From Syntrophomonadaceae bacterium (GTDB taxonomy: Bacteria; Bacillota; Dethiobacteria; DTU022), in the NCBI GenBank assembly GCA_007119965.1, contig SKOR01000037.1, forward strand, positions 32,595 to 96,594: 64,000 nt of DNA, written 5' to 3'. Numbering within the stretch: position 1 is the first letter of the stretch; each line of letters begins with the position of its first letter. The position numbers were made by a program, and so were the translations under genes. The notes under the pieces are model-generated. The model did not search any database, was not told the origin of the DNA, and was given only the letters and a program-made list of their open reading frames with translations. Shown here piece after piece: positions 41,621 to 52,016 of this stretch.

Positions 41621-42895
41621 ATGGCTACTATTAAACCGTTCAAAGGTATCAGGTATAACCTCTCCAGGGTCAAAGACCCCGGAAAAGTAATCACCCCCCC
41701 TTACGACGTAATCGGCTCAGCAGAACAGGAAAAACTTCACCAGGATAGCCCTTACAACATTATCCGCCTCGAGTACGCCAAAAGCAGCCCCGCAGACAGC
41801 CCCGCAGACAACCGGTACACCAGGGCCGCTGCAGCCTATCAGAAGTGGCTGGAAGATGGAATCCTTATCCCTGAGGAGAACAACTGCTATTACCTTTACG
41901 AACAGGTTTTTTCTTATCACAGCAAAGAGTTTAAGCGGCGCGGCGTTATTGCCGCCCTCAAACTGACGCCCTACTCCGAAAAGGTTGTCCTGCCGCACGA
42001 GCGGACCATGGCCGGTCCCAAAGCCGACCGCATGGAACTGCTTAAACACCTGAGAACAAATGTCAGCCCGATTTTTACCCTCTTCCCTGATCCGGAACAG
42101 CGTCTCGACCAGCTGTTTGCTGAAGTAGATTATGCTAAACCTGCAGTTGTGGTTGAGGAAGATTCCGGGCAAACCCACCGCCTCTGGCTCCTGGATGACC
42201 CCGCTCTGCAGGATCATTTGACAGCCTACCTGGCTCCGCAACCCCTGCTGATAGCAGACGGCCACCACCGTTACGAAACTGCATTAAGTTACTGCCAAAA
42301 CGAGGGTTCGCAGGGCGCACCGGGTTCCGGGTTTGTCCTTACGATCATGGTCAGCATGAAAGATCAAGGCCTGCTGGTTCTGCCTACCCACCGCCTGTTA
42401 AGCGGCCTCGATGCGGAACAAATAAAAGGCCTTTTCAGGATAATTGAACTGGATTTTGAATTAATTGACCGCGGTGATCCCCGCCGGCTGAACCGGGATA
42501 CTTTTTTGGAAGAGCTTTCTGAAGTAAGCCGTAAGAGGGGCGGTTTCGGGCTGATCACCGCCGGGCAGGCCTCCCTGCTGGTGCCGCGGGATGCAGCCGC
42601 TGCCGATAACCTGCCCGTAGCCCTGCTCCATGAGCGAATCTTAAAACCGGTTCTCGCCCCGGGTGAAAGCAGCGAAGTTGACAAGAAAATGCTCAGTTAC
42701 CCGCACGACCTTGAGAGCGCCCTCGAAGCGGTTCTCTCCCGGTCAGCCGATGCCGCCTTTATCCTCGACCCCATAGCCGTCAGCAAAGTCCTTGATCACG
42801 CCATGGAAGGTAAAGTCATGCCACAAAAGTCGACCTTTTTCTACCCCAAGCTGCCCAGCGGCCTGGTCCTCTACAATATGGATCTCAGTTACTGA
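41621..42895 (+). CDS. DUF1015-family protein (unknown function)
   Basis: N-terminus MATIKPFKGIRYN is the hallmark start of DUF1015 proteins. Size about 424 aa. SD GGAGGAAT. It is the only plus-strand gene in a long minus-strand region. Confidence 0.7.
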   Translation: MATIKPFKGIRYNLSRVKDPGKVITPPYDVIGSAEQEKLHQDSPYNIIRLEYAKSSPADSPADNRYTRAAAAYQKWLEDGILIPEENNCYYLYEQVFSYHSKEFKRRGVIAALKLTPYSEKVVLPHERTMAGPKADRMELLKHLRTNVSPIFTLFPDPEQRLDQLFAEVDYAKPAVVVEEDSGQTHRLWLLDDPALQDHLTAYLAPQPLLIADGHHRYETALSYCQNEGSQGAPGSGFVLTIMVSMKDQGLLVLPTHRLLSGLDAEQIKGLFRIIELDFELIDRGDPRRLNRDTFLEELSEVSRKRGGFGLITAGQASLLVPRDAAAADNLPVALLHERILKPVLAPGESSEVDKKMLSYPHDLESALEAVLSRSADAAFILDPIAVSKVLDHAMEGKVMPQKSTFFYPKLPSGLVLYNMDLSY

Positions 42896-42983
42896 TCCGC
42901 TGCTCCCGGACGGGGGCGGTGTGAGCAGGGTTCCGGGCAGCGGGTTCAACCCGGTCCGGGCCCCCCTGCAATGGGCGGTCCTT

Positions 42984-44036
42984 TTAAATATCCCAGTATT
43001 TTCGCTGGGTCTCCAGTACTTCTTCCAGGCGCTTACGGACATGTTTGCCCGCCTCCGGGCCGGGGGAACCTTCGGAAACCGGCAGGCCCCAGCCACCCAT
43101 CGCGTTGAGCACCTGGATCACCGCTTCGGCCTGTCCCTGCAGGTGATAACCGCCTTCCAGGCAAAGCAGGACCCGCCCATCACACCAGCGATCCGCAGCT
43201 GCGGAAAGTACTCCGGCCAGGTCATAAAAACCGCGGTGAGTAAGCGACATCCCGGCCAGTGGATCCTGGCGATAGGCATCCTGGCCGGCTGAAATAAGCA
43301 GCAGCTCAGGCTCGAATTGATCGATTATCGGAATAACCACCCGTTCAAAGATTTCACCGTATTCGTAATCGCCGCTGCCCGGAGGCAGGGGTATATTAAC
43401 CGTAAAGCCTTCGCCGCTGCCCCGGCCGGTTTCACTTACTGCGCCGGTCCCTGGAAAAGCGGGGCTTTGATGGGTGGAAATAAACAATACTCCCGGATCG
43501 CCTTCAAAAGTATGCTGGGTGCCGTTACCGTGATGGACGTCCCAGTCAACAATTGCAATTCGCTCCAGGCCGTAATCGCGTTTCGCCGCTTCAGCAGCAA
43601 CCGCAATATTATTAAAGAGACAAAAGCCCATGGCTTTGCCGGGCTCGGCATGGTGCCCCGGCGGGCGGTTAAGGGCAAATACTTTGCGCGGGCCTGCCCC
43701 CATCACCTTCCGCAGGCCGGTCAGCACGCCGCCGGCTGAAAGTAGGGCTACCCGGTACGATTCGGGGACAATGTATGTATCCATGTCCAGGAAGGGGCGC
43801 CCGCTGTTGCAGGCTTCTTCAATCGAGCGGATGTAACCGGGGTCATGGACCAGCTCGATATCGCCGACCTCTGCCGGCTGCGGGGAGAACATCTCCAGGC
43901 GGCCCATCAACCCTTGCTGGTCCAGCGCTGCAATAATATGCTCCAGCCTTTCTTTACGTTCAGGGTGCTGGCGCTGGGTATGGATCAGGTAGTCAGGGTG
44001 GTAGACCAGGCCTATTTTCTGATTTTCACTGCTCAT
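42984..44036 (-). CDS. Histone-deacetylase-family amidohydrolase (AcuC-like)
   Basis: Class I/II HDAC fold motifs (GLVYHPDY, HHGNGTQ, DVHHGNG, and a GGGY-like GGYH). Confidence 0.8.
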   Translation of the reverse strand: MSSENQKIGLVYHPDYLIHTQRQHPERKERLEHIIAALDQQGLMGRLEMFSPQPAEVGDIELVHDPGYIRSIEEACNSGRPFLDMDTYIVPESYRVALLSAGGVLTGLRKVMGAGPRKVFALNRPPGHHAEPGKAMGFCLFNNIAVAAEAAKRDYGLERIAIVDWDVHHGNGTQHTFEGDPGVLFISTHQSPAFPGTGAVSETGRGSGEGFTVNIPLPPGSGDYEYGEIFERVVIPIIDQFEPELLLISAGQDAYRQDPLAGMSLTHRGFYDLAGVLSAAADRWCDGRVLLCLEGGYHLQGQAEAVIQVLNAMGGWGLPVSEGSPGPEAGKHVRKRLEEVLETQRKYWDI

Positions 44037-44050
44037 CGTGGCACCTCGCT

Positions 44051-44473
44051 TTAATCCAAATCAATTTCCATCGCTTTACACAGCCTGTTCCATAGAAAGG
44101 GGCTGTTTTTTTTAAGGGCCACCGGACGGCCCTCTTCATTTATAAAAGCATGCTCGGTATAACCTCCGGCGACCTTTTTACCGTCCCTGCGAATCTCGTA
44201 ATTAAAAACCAGCCGCACTTTCCCCATACTTTCAATAAATGTGGTCAGCGTCAGCTGATCGTCGTACTTGGCCGCGCTCTTATATTCGCAATACGCCTTG
44301 AGCACCGGCAGATAGAGATTGCTTTTTTCAAATCCGGCATAAGGAAGGCCAATGCTTCTCATCAGTTCAGTCCGCCCAATTTCAAACCAGACCAGGTAAT
44401 TGGCGTGATAGGCGAAACCCATCTGATCAGTCTCCTGGTAGCGGACCCTGATAACTGTTTCATTTTTTTTCAA
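44051..44473 (-). CDS. Acyl-CoA thioesterase (4HBT hotdog fold, YbgC-like)
   Basis: 140-aa protein. The N-terminal RVRYQETDQMGFAYHANY motif is typical of YbgC/4HBT thioesterases. Confidence 0.75.
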   Translation of the reverse strand: MKKNETVIRVRYQETDQMGFAYHANYLVWFEIGRTELMRSIGLPYAGFEKSNLYLPVLKAYCEYKSAAKYDDQLTLTTFIESMGKVRLVFNYEIRRDGKKVAGGYTEHAFINEEGRPVALKKNSPFLWNRLCKAMEIDLD

Positions 44474-44494
44474 ATCCGTCCTGCTCCTAACCTT

Positions 44495-46243
44495 TTAGAG
44501 TACTTTTGCCTCTCCGCGGTAAACCAGGCCCCTGATCGCGTCTACAGTAATCAACTCACCGTCCCTGATCTCCAGGCAGGCCTTGTCAACTCCCACAATA
44601 GCGGGTTTGCGCAGGTTGATCGAGACTATCGCCCCGTGTGATGTCAGGCCGCCTTCTTCGGTAACCAGCGCCGCCGCCTTTTTAATGGCGGGTATGTAGC
44701 TTTTGCCGGTGCTGTGAGCGATGAGAATCTGCCCTTCTTCAATCTTCTCCAGGTCACTTTCATTGTTAACGATAAAAGCTCTGCCGCTTACGGCAGCATT
44801 TCCGATTCCTGTCCCTTTCACTATGATCTCCCCCACTGTTTCAACCCTGAGCAGGTTTGTCGTCCCCGATACCCCGACCGGGACTCCTGCCGTAATAACC
44901 ACGAGGTTTCCGTCGCTGATCAGTTTTTCTTTCAGCGAAGCCTGGGTGGCGTTCACAAACATTTCATCTGTCGATTTCGCAGGCGGGCAGACCAGGGTCT
45001 GGACGCCCCAGGTCAGGGTCAGGCTGGTCGCCACCCTGCGGTTGGAAGTAACGGCAACAATCGGCGCTTTAGGTTTATACTTTGACACCATCCGGGCCGT
45101 ATGACCCGACTGGGTCGCGGTTATTATTGCATCGGCATTAAGTTCATAGGCAATATGGCAGGTGCTGTAACTGATTGCATCGGTAACCGATTTTTTAAGA
45201 GTCATGCTGAGTTCCTGCATGATTCTCCTGTAATCCAGCTCTTCTTCTGTCCGCCTGGAAATCCGGCTCATGGTCTGGACCGATTCAATCGGAAAGCGGC
45301 CAACAGCCGTTTCTCCTGACAGCATAACCGCGTCGGTGCCGTCAAAGATAGCATTGGCGACATCACTGGCTTCAGCCCTCGTCGGGCGGGGGTTGCGGAT
45401 CATACTATCGAGCATCTGGGTGGCGGTGATCACCGGTTTTCCTGCCCTGTTGCATTTACGGATATACTCTTTTTGCAGTAGCGGAACCTCTTCAGGGGGG
45501 ATTTCAACCCCCAGGTCTCCCCGGGCAACCATGATTCCGTCAGATACTTCCATGATTTCGTCAAAATTATCGACGCCTTCCCTGCTCTCGATCTTGGCCA
45601 GGATCATTAAGCTTCCGCAGTGATTTTCGACCAGGCGCCTGATCTCGAGGATATCTTCAGCATTGCGGGTAAAGGAAGCGGCCAGGAAATCCACTTCGTA
45701 CTCCAGGCCATTGATAATATCGCGCCGGTCATCTTCATCGACAGCGGGAAGGTTGATCCTGGTTCCCGGTGTGTTCAGGCCCTTGTAGCTGTACAGTTTG
45801 CCGCCGTGCGCTATCCGGCAGCGGATATCCCGCCCGGATATTTCCAGCACTTCCAGGACAATCAGGCCGTCATCAATCAATATGGCACAGCCTTCTTTAA
45901 GGTCGCGGTGCAGTTCAGGGTAAGTAACCGAAACCCTGCTGCTGTCACCGGTAATTTGTTCAGTAGTGAGCACAATTTCCCCGCCGTCTTCCAGGAGCAC
46001 ATAATCTTCCTTCAGGTCGCCTGTCCTCACTTCAGGGCCGCGTGTATCATACAAAAAACCGACACTTTTTTTCATTTCCCTGCTGACTTCGCGGATCATC
46101 TCCAGGCGGCGGATATGATCTTCGCTGGTGCCGTGAGACAGGTTAAGCCTGGCCACATCCATGCCGGCCTCGATTAAATCATGGATTCGTTCCCTGCTAT
46201 CTATACTCGGCCCTATAGTACAGACAATTTTCGTTCTTCTCAT
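44495..46243 (-). CDS. pyk: Pyruvate kinase with a C-terminal PEP-utilising-enzyme mobile domain (Bacillus type)
   Basis: N-terminus RRTKIVCTIGP, PK barrel and C-domain, plus an extra roughly 100-aa PEP-utilisers domain (TSHGAIVSINLRKPAIVG). Confidence 0.95.
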   Translation of the reverse strand: MRRTKIVCTIGPSIDSRERIHDLIEAGMDVARLNLSHGTSEDHIRRLEMIREVSREMKKSVGFLYDTRGPEVRTGDLKEDYVLLEDGGEIVLTTEQITGDSSRVSVTYPELHRDLKEGCAILIDDGLIVLEVLEISGRDIRCRIAHGGKLYSYKGLNTPGTRINLPAVDEDDRRDIINGLEYEVDFLAASFTRNAEDILEIRRLVENHCGSLMILAKIESREGVDNFDEIMEVSDGIMVARGDLGVEIPPEEVPLLQKEYIRKCNRAGKPVITATQMLDSMIRNPRPTRAEASDVANAIFDGTDAVMLSGETAVGRFPIESVQTMSRISRRTEEELDYRRIMQELSMTLKKSVTDAISYSTCHIAYELNADAIITATQSGHTARMVSKYKPKAPIVAVTSNRRVATSLTLTWGVQTLVCPPAKSTDEMFVNATQASLKEKLISDGNLVVITAGVPVGVSGTTNLLRVETVGEIIVKGTGIGNAAVSGRAFIVNNESDLEKIEEGQILIAHSTGKSYIPAIKKAAALVTEEGGLTSHGAIVSINLRKPAIVGVDKACLEIRDGELITVDAIRGLVYRGEAKVL

Positions 46244-46261
46244 TCTAAAACCTCCTTATTG

Positions 46262-47224
46262 CTACCTCGCCAGCACCATGGCCAGCCTGTATAAATCTTC
46301 GGGAAAAGGCCTGGGATCCGTAAAGCTGGCGGTCAGGGGGACTGCCTCAAGATCCTTACCCCTGAGAGCGGTAAAATGCCCGCTTTTTCCTTCGTTAATC
46401 AGGTCAACGGCCATAGCGCCCATCCGGCTGCCCAGCAGGCGGTCTACAGCGCTGGGACTGCCGCCGCGCTGAATATGCCCCAGAACGGTCACCCTGCTGT
46501 CTGTATCGAGCCTTGCGCATATTTCCCTGTTGAGATCATAAATATCCCCCGCCCCTTCGGCAACGACGATAATGCTGTGAGTTTTTTGCCGTTCAATACC
46601 CCTGAGCAGCCTGGCGCAGATATCCTCGATATCATAATCTATTTCCGGAACCAGGATCGACTCTGCCCCGGCAGCCAGGCCGGCAGCAAGGGCCAGAAAA
46701 CCGTTGTTGCGGCCCATCACTTCTAACAGAAAGATCCGTTCGTGAGAGGTGGCAGTGTCCCGCAGGTTATTAACTGCGCTTAGGATTGTGTTGACCGCAG
46801 TATCAAAACCGATTGTCTGGTCTGTTCCGTTAATGTCGTTATCGATCGTCCCCGGCACGCAGGCAGTTTTTATCCCCCGCTGCTCCAGGGTCATCGCTCC
46901 CTTGAAGGAACCATCTCCGCCGATCACAACCAGCCCTTCGATCCCTTCATCCTTTAACCTGGCCGCAGCTTGATCCTGGCAGCCCTGCTCAAACATATCG
47001 GGAGCGCGGGCAGTCAGTAAGAATGTTCCGCCCCGATGGATAATATCGGCCACGGAACCCATTTCCATCTCGACAAAAGGCTGGTCGCCGAGCAGGCCGC
47101 TAAAACCGCGCCTGATTCCGCAGATCCCGTAACCGAGGCTGATTGCCCTGCGCACGACTGCCCGCACTGCCGCATTCATGCCCGGGGCATCTCCGCCGCT
47201 GGTTAACACTGCTATTTTTGGCAC
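46262..47224 (-). CDS. pfkA: ATP-dependent 6-phosphofructokinase
   Basis: IAVLTSGGDAPGMNAA, GGDGS and MGR motifs. Confidence 0.95.
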   Translation of the reverse strand: MPKIAVLTSGGDAPGMNAAVRAVVRRAISLGYGICGIRRGFSGLLGDQPFVEMEMGSVADIIHRGGTFLLTARAPDMFEQGCQDQAAARLKDEGIEGLVVIGGDGSFKGAMTLEQRGIKTACVPGTIDNDINGTDQTIGFDTAVNTILSAVNNLRDTATSHERIFLLEVMGRNNGFLALAAGLAAGAESILVPEIDYDIEDICARLLRGIERQKTHSIIVVAEGAGDIYDLNREICARLDTDSRVTVLGHIQRGGSPSAVDRLLGSRMGAMAVDLINEGKSGHFTALRGKDLEAVPLTASFTDPRPFPEDLYRLAMVLAR

Positions 47225-47240
47225 TGGTAATCATCCCCCT

Positions 47241-50200
47241 TTAACCGGGCCCTTCCTTTTGTTCCCCAACCTGTTCAATGACCGCTTCAGCGCCCAATAA
47301 GCTTTCGAGGCGTCTGCGGCAGGAGGGGTGGTCGCGGACCCAGTATTCTTCTTTCAGCATCAGCGTTCTATTGTCATTTTTAAAACACAGGCAGACCGGT
47401 ACTTCCCCGTTTTCGGCAACCAGTGTATCTTTCAGGCTTTGCAGGACAGTTTCATCATGCTCTTCCCCGATCAGCAGGCGGTAAAACTTTTTCTCCCGGT
47501 TTAAAGGCCTGATCGATTCGGCGAGAATCTTGATATCCTCTTCTTCTTTTAAATCGGTCCTCCCCTCAACCAGGAGCAGGTTATCTTCCTGCAGGTAGAC
47601 AGACTGGCTATCATACAAATCGGGAAAGATAACCAGTTCCACGCTTCCGGTCAGGTCTTCCAACCTGACAAAGGCCATCTGCTTGTTTTTTTTGGTGTAG
47701 AAGTTACGGACAGCAACAATGATCCCGCCGACCTTGACATGGCGGTTATCCCCGGCACCTGAAAGCTCTGCGCAGGGGGTCAGGTTTGGCGTGTTCTCCA
47801 GGATAGTCCTGTACGGTTCCAGGGGATGGCCTGAAATGTAGAGGCCGAGCATTTCTTTTTCCAGCGACAGCCTCTCTTTATCGGCAAAGGGTTCGATATC
47901 GGGAAGGTGATCGGTGAGCAGTTCTTCCTGGACTGTTTCATCCATCAGGGAAAACATCGATAACTGGCCATTTTCCCGCTCCCGCTGCACCGACTGGCCC
48001 TGGGCCAGGACATCCTCCAGGACAGCGAGGTACTGGGCCCTGTGCCCACCAAGCGAGTCGAACGCCCCGCATTTGACCAGGCTTTCTAAAACCTTCCGGT
48101 TACATGAACGCATATCGACCCGCGAGGCGAAATCGCGCATGGATAAAAAAGGCTTCTCCTGCCTGGCGGCAACAATCGAATCGATCGCCCCCAGGCCGAC
48201 ATTTTTGACTGCCGCCAGCCCGAAACGAATCCGGTTTTCACCGATCGGCGTAAAATGGGTATCGCTTTCGTTTATGTCGGGCGGCAGCAGTTCGATCCCC
48301 ATCCGCCTGCAATCTGCAATGTACATGGCTACCTTATCGCTGTTCGAGTAATAAACCGTCATCAGGGCGGCCATATACTCCACGGCGTAATTTGCTTTCA
48401 AATATGCAGTCTGGTAAGCAATCATGGCGTAAGCGGCGGCATGGGACTTATTAAAACCGTAAGAAGCAAATTTAAGGATCAGGTCATATATTTCGGCAGC
48501 AAGGCCCTCTGAATAACCGTTTTCCCGGCAGCCGTTTATAAACAACTGGCGCTGTTCGTCAAGTATTTCCATTTTCTTTTTGCCAATCGCCCGGCGCAGC
48601 AGATCAGCCTGGCCCAGGGTGAATCCGGCCATGCGGGCGGCAATTTCCATGATCTGCTCCTGGTAAACGATAACCCCGTACGTTTCATTCAGGATTGGCT
48701 CGAGAATGGGGTGGGCGTACTTGATCTGCCTTTTTCCGTGCTTGCTCTGTACAAAAACAGGGATTTGATCCATCGGGCCCGGGCGGTACAGGGCCACCAC
48801 GGCAATGATATCCTCAAATTTATTGGGCATCAGTTCGCGGAGGACAGAGCGCATCCCCGTGCTTTCCAGCTGGAAGGTGCCTGTTGTCTCCCCATGGGAC
48901 AGCGTTTCATAAGTCAGGACGTCATCAAGCGGGATCCGGTCAATGTCGATTGTTTTTCCGTGCCGCTTCTCGATATTCTCCAGCGCCACACCGATAATGC
49001 TTAAAGTCTTCAGGCCGAGGAAGTCCATTTTAAGCAATCCGAGATCTTCAAGTGTATTCATCGGAAACTGGGTTACCACCGTGCTGTCGGTTGTCTTGTA
49101 GAGGGGGACAAAGTTGATCAGCGGTTCTTCGGCGATTACCACCCCCGCGGCATGGGTTGAAGCATGGCGGGGCATCCCCTCGACGGCCATCGATGTGTCG
49201 AGCAGTTGGCGAAAGTGATCTTCCTTGTATAAAGATTGCAGGTCCCTGTTCTGGCCCAGCGCTTTCTTAATGGTCATCTTCGGCTCCATCGGGATCAGCT
49301 TGGCGATGCGGTCGACATCGGCATAGGGGATTGCCAGCGCCCTTCCCACGTCGCGGACTGCCGCCCTGGCTGCCATGGTCCCGAAAGTGATAATCTGGGC
49401 CACCCTTTCCTGGCCGTATTTATCACAGACGTACTGCATGATCTTGTCCCGCTTATCATCGCAGAAGTCGATATCGATATCGGGCATCGATATCCGCTCG
49501 GGGTTTAAAAAACGCTCAAAAAGCAGGCTGTATTTAAGCGGGTCGATGTTCGTGATCCCCAGGCAGTAGGCAACCAGGCTGCCTGCAGCTGAACCGCGGC
49601 CGGGGCCGACAATCACTTTATTATTTTTGGCATACTCAATCAAATCCCAGACAATTAAAAAATAATGGGAGTAGTCCATCTGCTGAATGACGCGCAGTTC
49701 ATATTCCAGGCGCTCTTCCATTGCAGGTGATATTTCCGTATAGCGCTTTCTGATCCCCTCATAACAGAGCTCTTTCAGATAGCTGTCGGGATCAACGCCC
49801 CCGGGAAGTTGGTACTCGGGCAGATAGCGCTTCGTAAAATCTTTTTCCACGTTACAGCGTTCAGCAATACGCAGGCTGTTGCTGATCGCCCCGGGGTAGC
49901 CGGCAAATAGTTCTGCCATCTCCTCCGCTGTTTTAAAATAAAATTCCTCAGATTCAAACTTCATGCGTTCTGTTTCATCAACTGTTTTACCGGTCTGGAT
50001 ACAAAGCAGCACATCATGCACCTCGGCATCTTCCCTGGACAGGTAGTGAACATCGTTGGCTGCAACAAGCGGGATAGACTCGTCCTGCGATATTTTCAGC
50101 AGGGCTTCGTTGACAACCTTTTGTTCGGGAATCCCGTGGTCGTGCAGTTCAAGGAAAAAACTGTCCTCTCCGAAAAGATCCCTGTAATAACGGGCGGCCT

Positions 50201-50681
50201 CGTAAGCTTTATCGATCTGCCCTTTCAGGATCAAAGAGGGCACTTCCCCGGCCAGGCAGGCGCTGAGGGCAATAATACCTTCACTGCACTCTTTGAGCAG
50301 CTCGCGGTCTACCCGCGGCTTATAGTAAAAACCATCAAGGTAGCCTGATGATACAAGGCGCATCAGGTTGCGGTAGCCGGTATTGTTTTCAGCAAGCAAA
50401 ACCATGTGGTAGTGCGCGTCATCCCTCCTTGCTTCTTTCTGCAGGCGGGAACGCGGGGCAACATAAACTTCGCAGCCCAGGATCGGTTTGACCCCGGCCT
50501 CGCGGGCCGCCCTGTAAAAATCAATCACCCCGAACATGGTACCGTGATCAGTAACAGCCAGGGCGGGCATACCCAGCTTTGCAGCACGGGCGACCATCTT
50601 CTTAATCCTGGCAGCGCCGTCAAGCAGGCTGTACTCGCTATGGCAATGCAGGTGGACAAAATTAACATCTGACAATCTCAA
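47241..50681 (-). CDS. dnaE: DNA polymerase III alpha subunit (DnaE type)
   Basis: N-terminal PHP domain (HLHCHSEYSLLDGA), polymerase core and OB fold. Size 1146 aa. Confidence 0.95.
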   Translation of the reverse strand: MRLSDVNFVHLHCHSEYSLLDGAARIKKMVARAAKLGMPALAVTDHGTMFGVIDFYRAAREAGVKPILGCEVYVAPRSRLQKEARRDDAHYHMVLLAENNTGYRNLMRLVSSGYLDGFYYKPRVDRELLKECSEGIIALSACLAGEVPSLILKGQIDKAYEAARYYRDLFGEDSFFLELHDHGIPEQKVVNEALLKISQDESIPLVAANDVHYLSREDAEVHDVLLCIQTGKTVDETERMKFESEEFYFKTAEEMAELFAGYPGAISNSLRIAERCNVEKDFTKRYLPEYQLPGGVDPDSYLKELCYEGIRKRYTEISPAMEERLEYELRVIQQMDYSHYFLIVWDLIEYAKNNKVIVGPGRGSAAGSLVAYCLGITNIDPLKYSLLFERFLNPERISMPDIDIDFCDDKRDKIMQYVCDKYGQERVAQIITFGTMAARAAVRDVGRALAIPYADVDRIAKLIPMEPKMTIKKALGQNRDLQSLYKEDHFRQLLDTSMAVEGMPRHASTHAAGVVIAEEPLINFVPLYKTTDSTVVTQFPMNTLEDLGLLKMDFLGLKTLSIIGVALENIEKRHGKTIDIDRIPLDDVLTYETLSHGETTGTFQLESTGMRSVLRELMPNKFEDIIAVVALYRPGPMDQIPVFVQSKHGKRQIKYAHPILEPILNETYGVIVYQEQIMEIAARMAGFTLGQADLLRRAIGKKKMEILDEQRQLFINGCRENGYSEGLAAEIYDLILKFASYGFNKSHAAAYAMIAYQTAYLKANYAVEYMAALMTVYYSNSDKVAMYIADCRRMGIELLPPDINESDTHFTPIGENRIRFGLAAVKNVGLGAIDSIVAARQEKPFLSMRDFASRVDMRSCNRKVLESLVKCGAFDSLGGHRAQYLAVLEDVLAQGQSVQRERENGQLSMFSLMDETVQEELLTDHLPDIEPFADKERLSLEKEMLGLYISGHPLEPYRTILENTPNLTPCAELSGAGDNRHVKVGGIIVAVRNFYTKKNKQMAFVRLEDLTGSVELVIFPDLYDSQSVYLQEDNLLLVEGRTDLKEEEDIKILAESIRPLNREKKFYRLLIGEEHDETVLQSLKDTLVAENGEVPVCLCFKNDNRTLMLKEEYWVRDHPSCRRRLESLLGAEAVIEQVGEQKEGPG

Positions 50682-50933
50682 CCAACCTCAATTCGCAATA
50701 TAATTTTGGAATAGGGAAACAGGATTCAGAAGGCATTTTAAATATTGCAGCCCCTCTTGAACCTTAACCTAAAGATTCGACTTTTTACGCGGCAGATCCT
50801 TTAGGCGATTATACTTTTTTAAGGGCGGCCTTTGTGGTACAATAGCTTTGACGAATTTAATTTTTGCCTTGCCCGGCCCCAATGGTTTTTAACTGTCCCG
50901 GTTCATCAATCTGATCGTGAAAGAGGTTTTGCC

Positions 50934-52016
50934 GTGTTTGAAGATCGCGAAACCCGCCTTGCCGTAAAAATCGTCGTTTTTGCTGCTGCCCTGTTTTTAG
51001 TAATCTGGTCGCTCTACCTGCTGATGCCGGTTATCTCGATCATTATTATTTCCCTGTTTATCGTCTATTTTATTAACCCGGTTGTTAAGTTCCTGATCGG
51101 CATCAAGATCAAACCTATTTTTGCGGCGATTATCGCCTCATCCACGATCCTGATTGCAGTAGTCCTCATGTTTTATCTTTTAATCCCCGGTTTAATTGTC
51201 GAAATGAGACAGCTTATGATCTTCCTCACCACCGAGTTTATCCGGGATCTGCCGCAGCTTGTGGCCGAACTTGAAGACCTCGATCAGCGCTTCAACCTGC
51301 AGTTGACAGAGACTTTTATCGAATACTCCAACCAGTTTATCAGGCAGGCGCCCGGGAACGTCCAGCAGCTCCTGCGCACCCTGACCATAGTGTCTATGGA
51401 CCTTGTAACCCGGATCTGGGTTATGCTGGCCACGGTCTTCCTGGTTTTTTACCTGGTCCAGGATATAGACAAGGCCAAGAAAAACCTGACCCTGATGTTT
51501 CCCCAGATCTATAAGCAAAATGTCCAGCACCTGATTAGCACTATCGATGAAAAAGTCGGGGCTTATGTTCGCGGCACCCTGATGAAGTGTATTTTTGTCG
51601 GCCTGCTGACCTGGGTCGGCCTGACCATTTTGGATATGCCCTTTGCCCTGCTGCTGGGAATCGTAGCCGGGGCTTTCAATATCATTCTCTACATCGGGCC
51701 TTTTGTCGCAGCTGTCCCTGCCGTTTTGTTAAGCATAATGCCCGACACGCCGGGCGTGCTGCCGGTTATTATCCTCTATATTTTCGTCCAAATCCTGGAC
51801 GCTTTCCTCTTTACGCCTTTTTTCCTGGGCAAGGCAACAGACCTGAGCCCGCTGACTGTAATTATCATGGTCCTGGCCGGCGCCCAGTTATTGGGCCTGC
51901 TGGGAATCATTCTTGCCATTCCGATTACCGCTACCGCTAAAGTCCTTCTCGATGAATACTACCTGGACAGGCGCAAGGTAGAGGAAGCCAACCACGTTGA
52001 CCACTTTGAAACTTAG
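50934..52016 (+). CDS. AI-2E family transporter (PerM/UPF0118 permease)
   Basis: Multiple TM segments and AI-2E family sequence. The probable start is GTG at about 50934, preceded by GAAAGAGG. The ORF-track start at 50832 is probably over-extended. Confidence 0.7.
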   Translation: MFEDRETRLAVKIVVFAAALFLVIWSLYLLMPVISIIIISLFIVYFINPVVKFLIGIKIKPIFAAIIASSTILIAVVLMFYLLIPGLIVEMRQLMIFLTTEFIRDLPQLVAELEDLDQRFNLQLTETFIEYSNQFIRQAPGNVQQLLRTLTIVSMDLVTRIWVMLATVFLVFYLVQDIDKAKKNLTLMFPQIYKQNVQHLISTIDEKVGAYVRGTLMKCIFVGLLTWVGLTILDMPFALLLGIVAGAFNIILYIGPFVAAVPAVLLSIMPDTPGVLPVIILYIFVQILDAFLFTPFFLGKATDLSPLTVIIMVLAGAQLLGLLGIILAIPITATAKVLLDEYYLDRRKVEEANHVDHFET

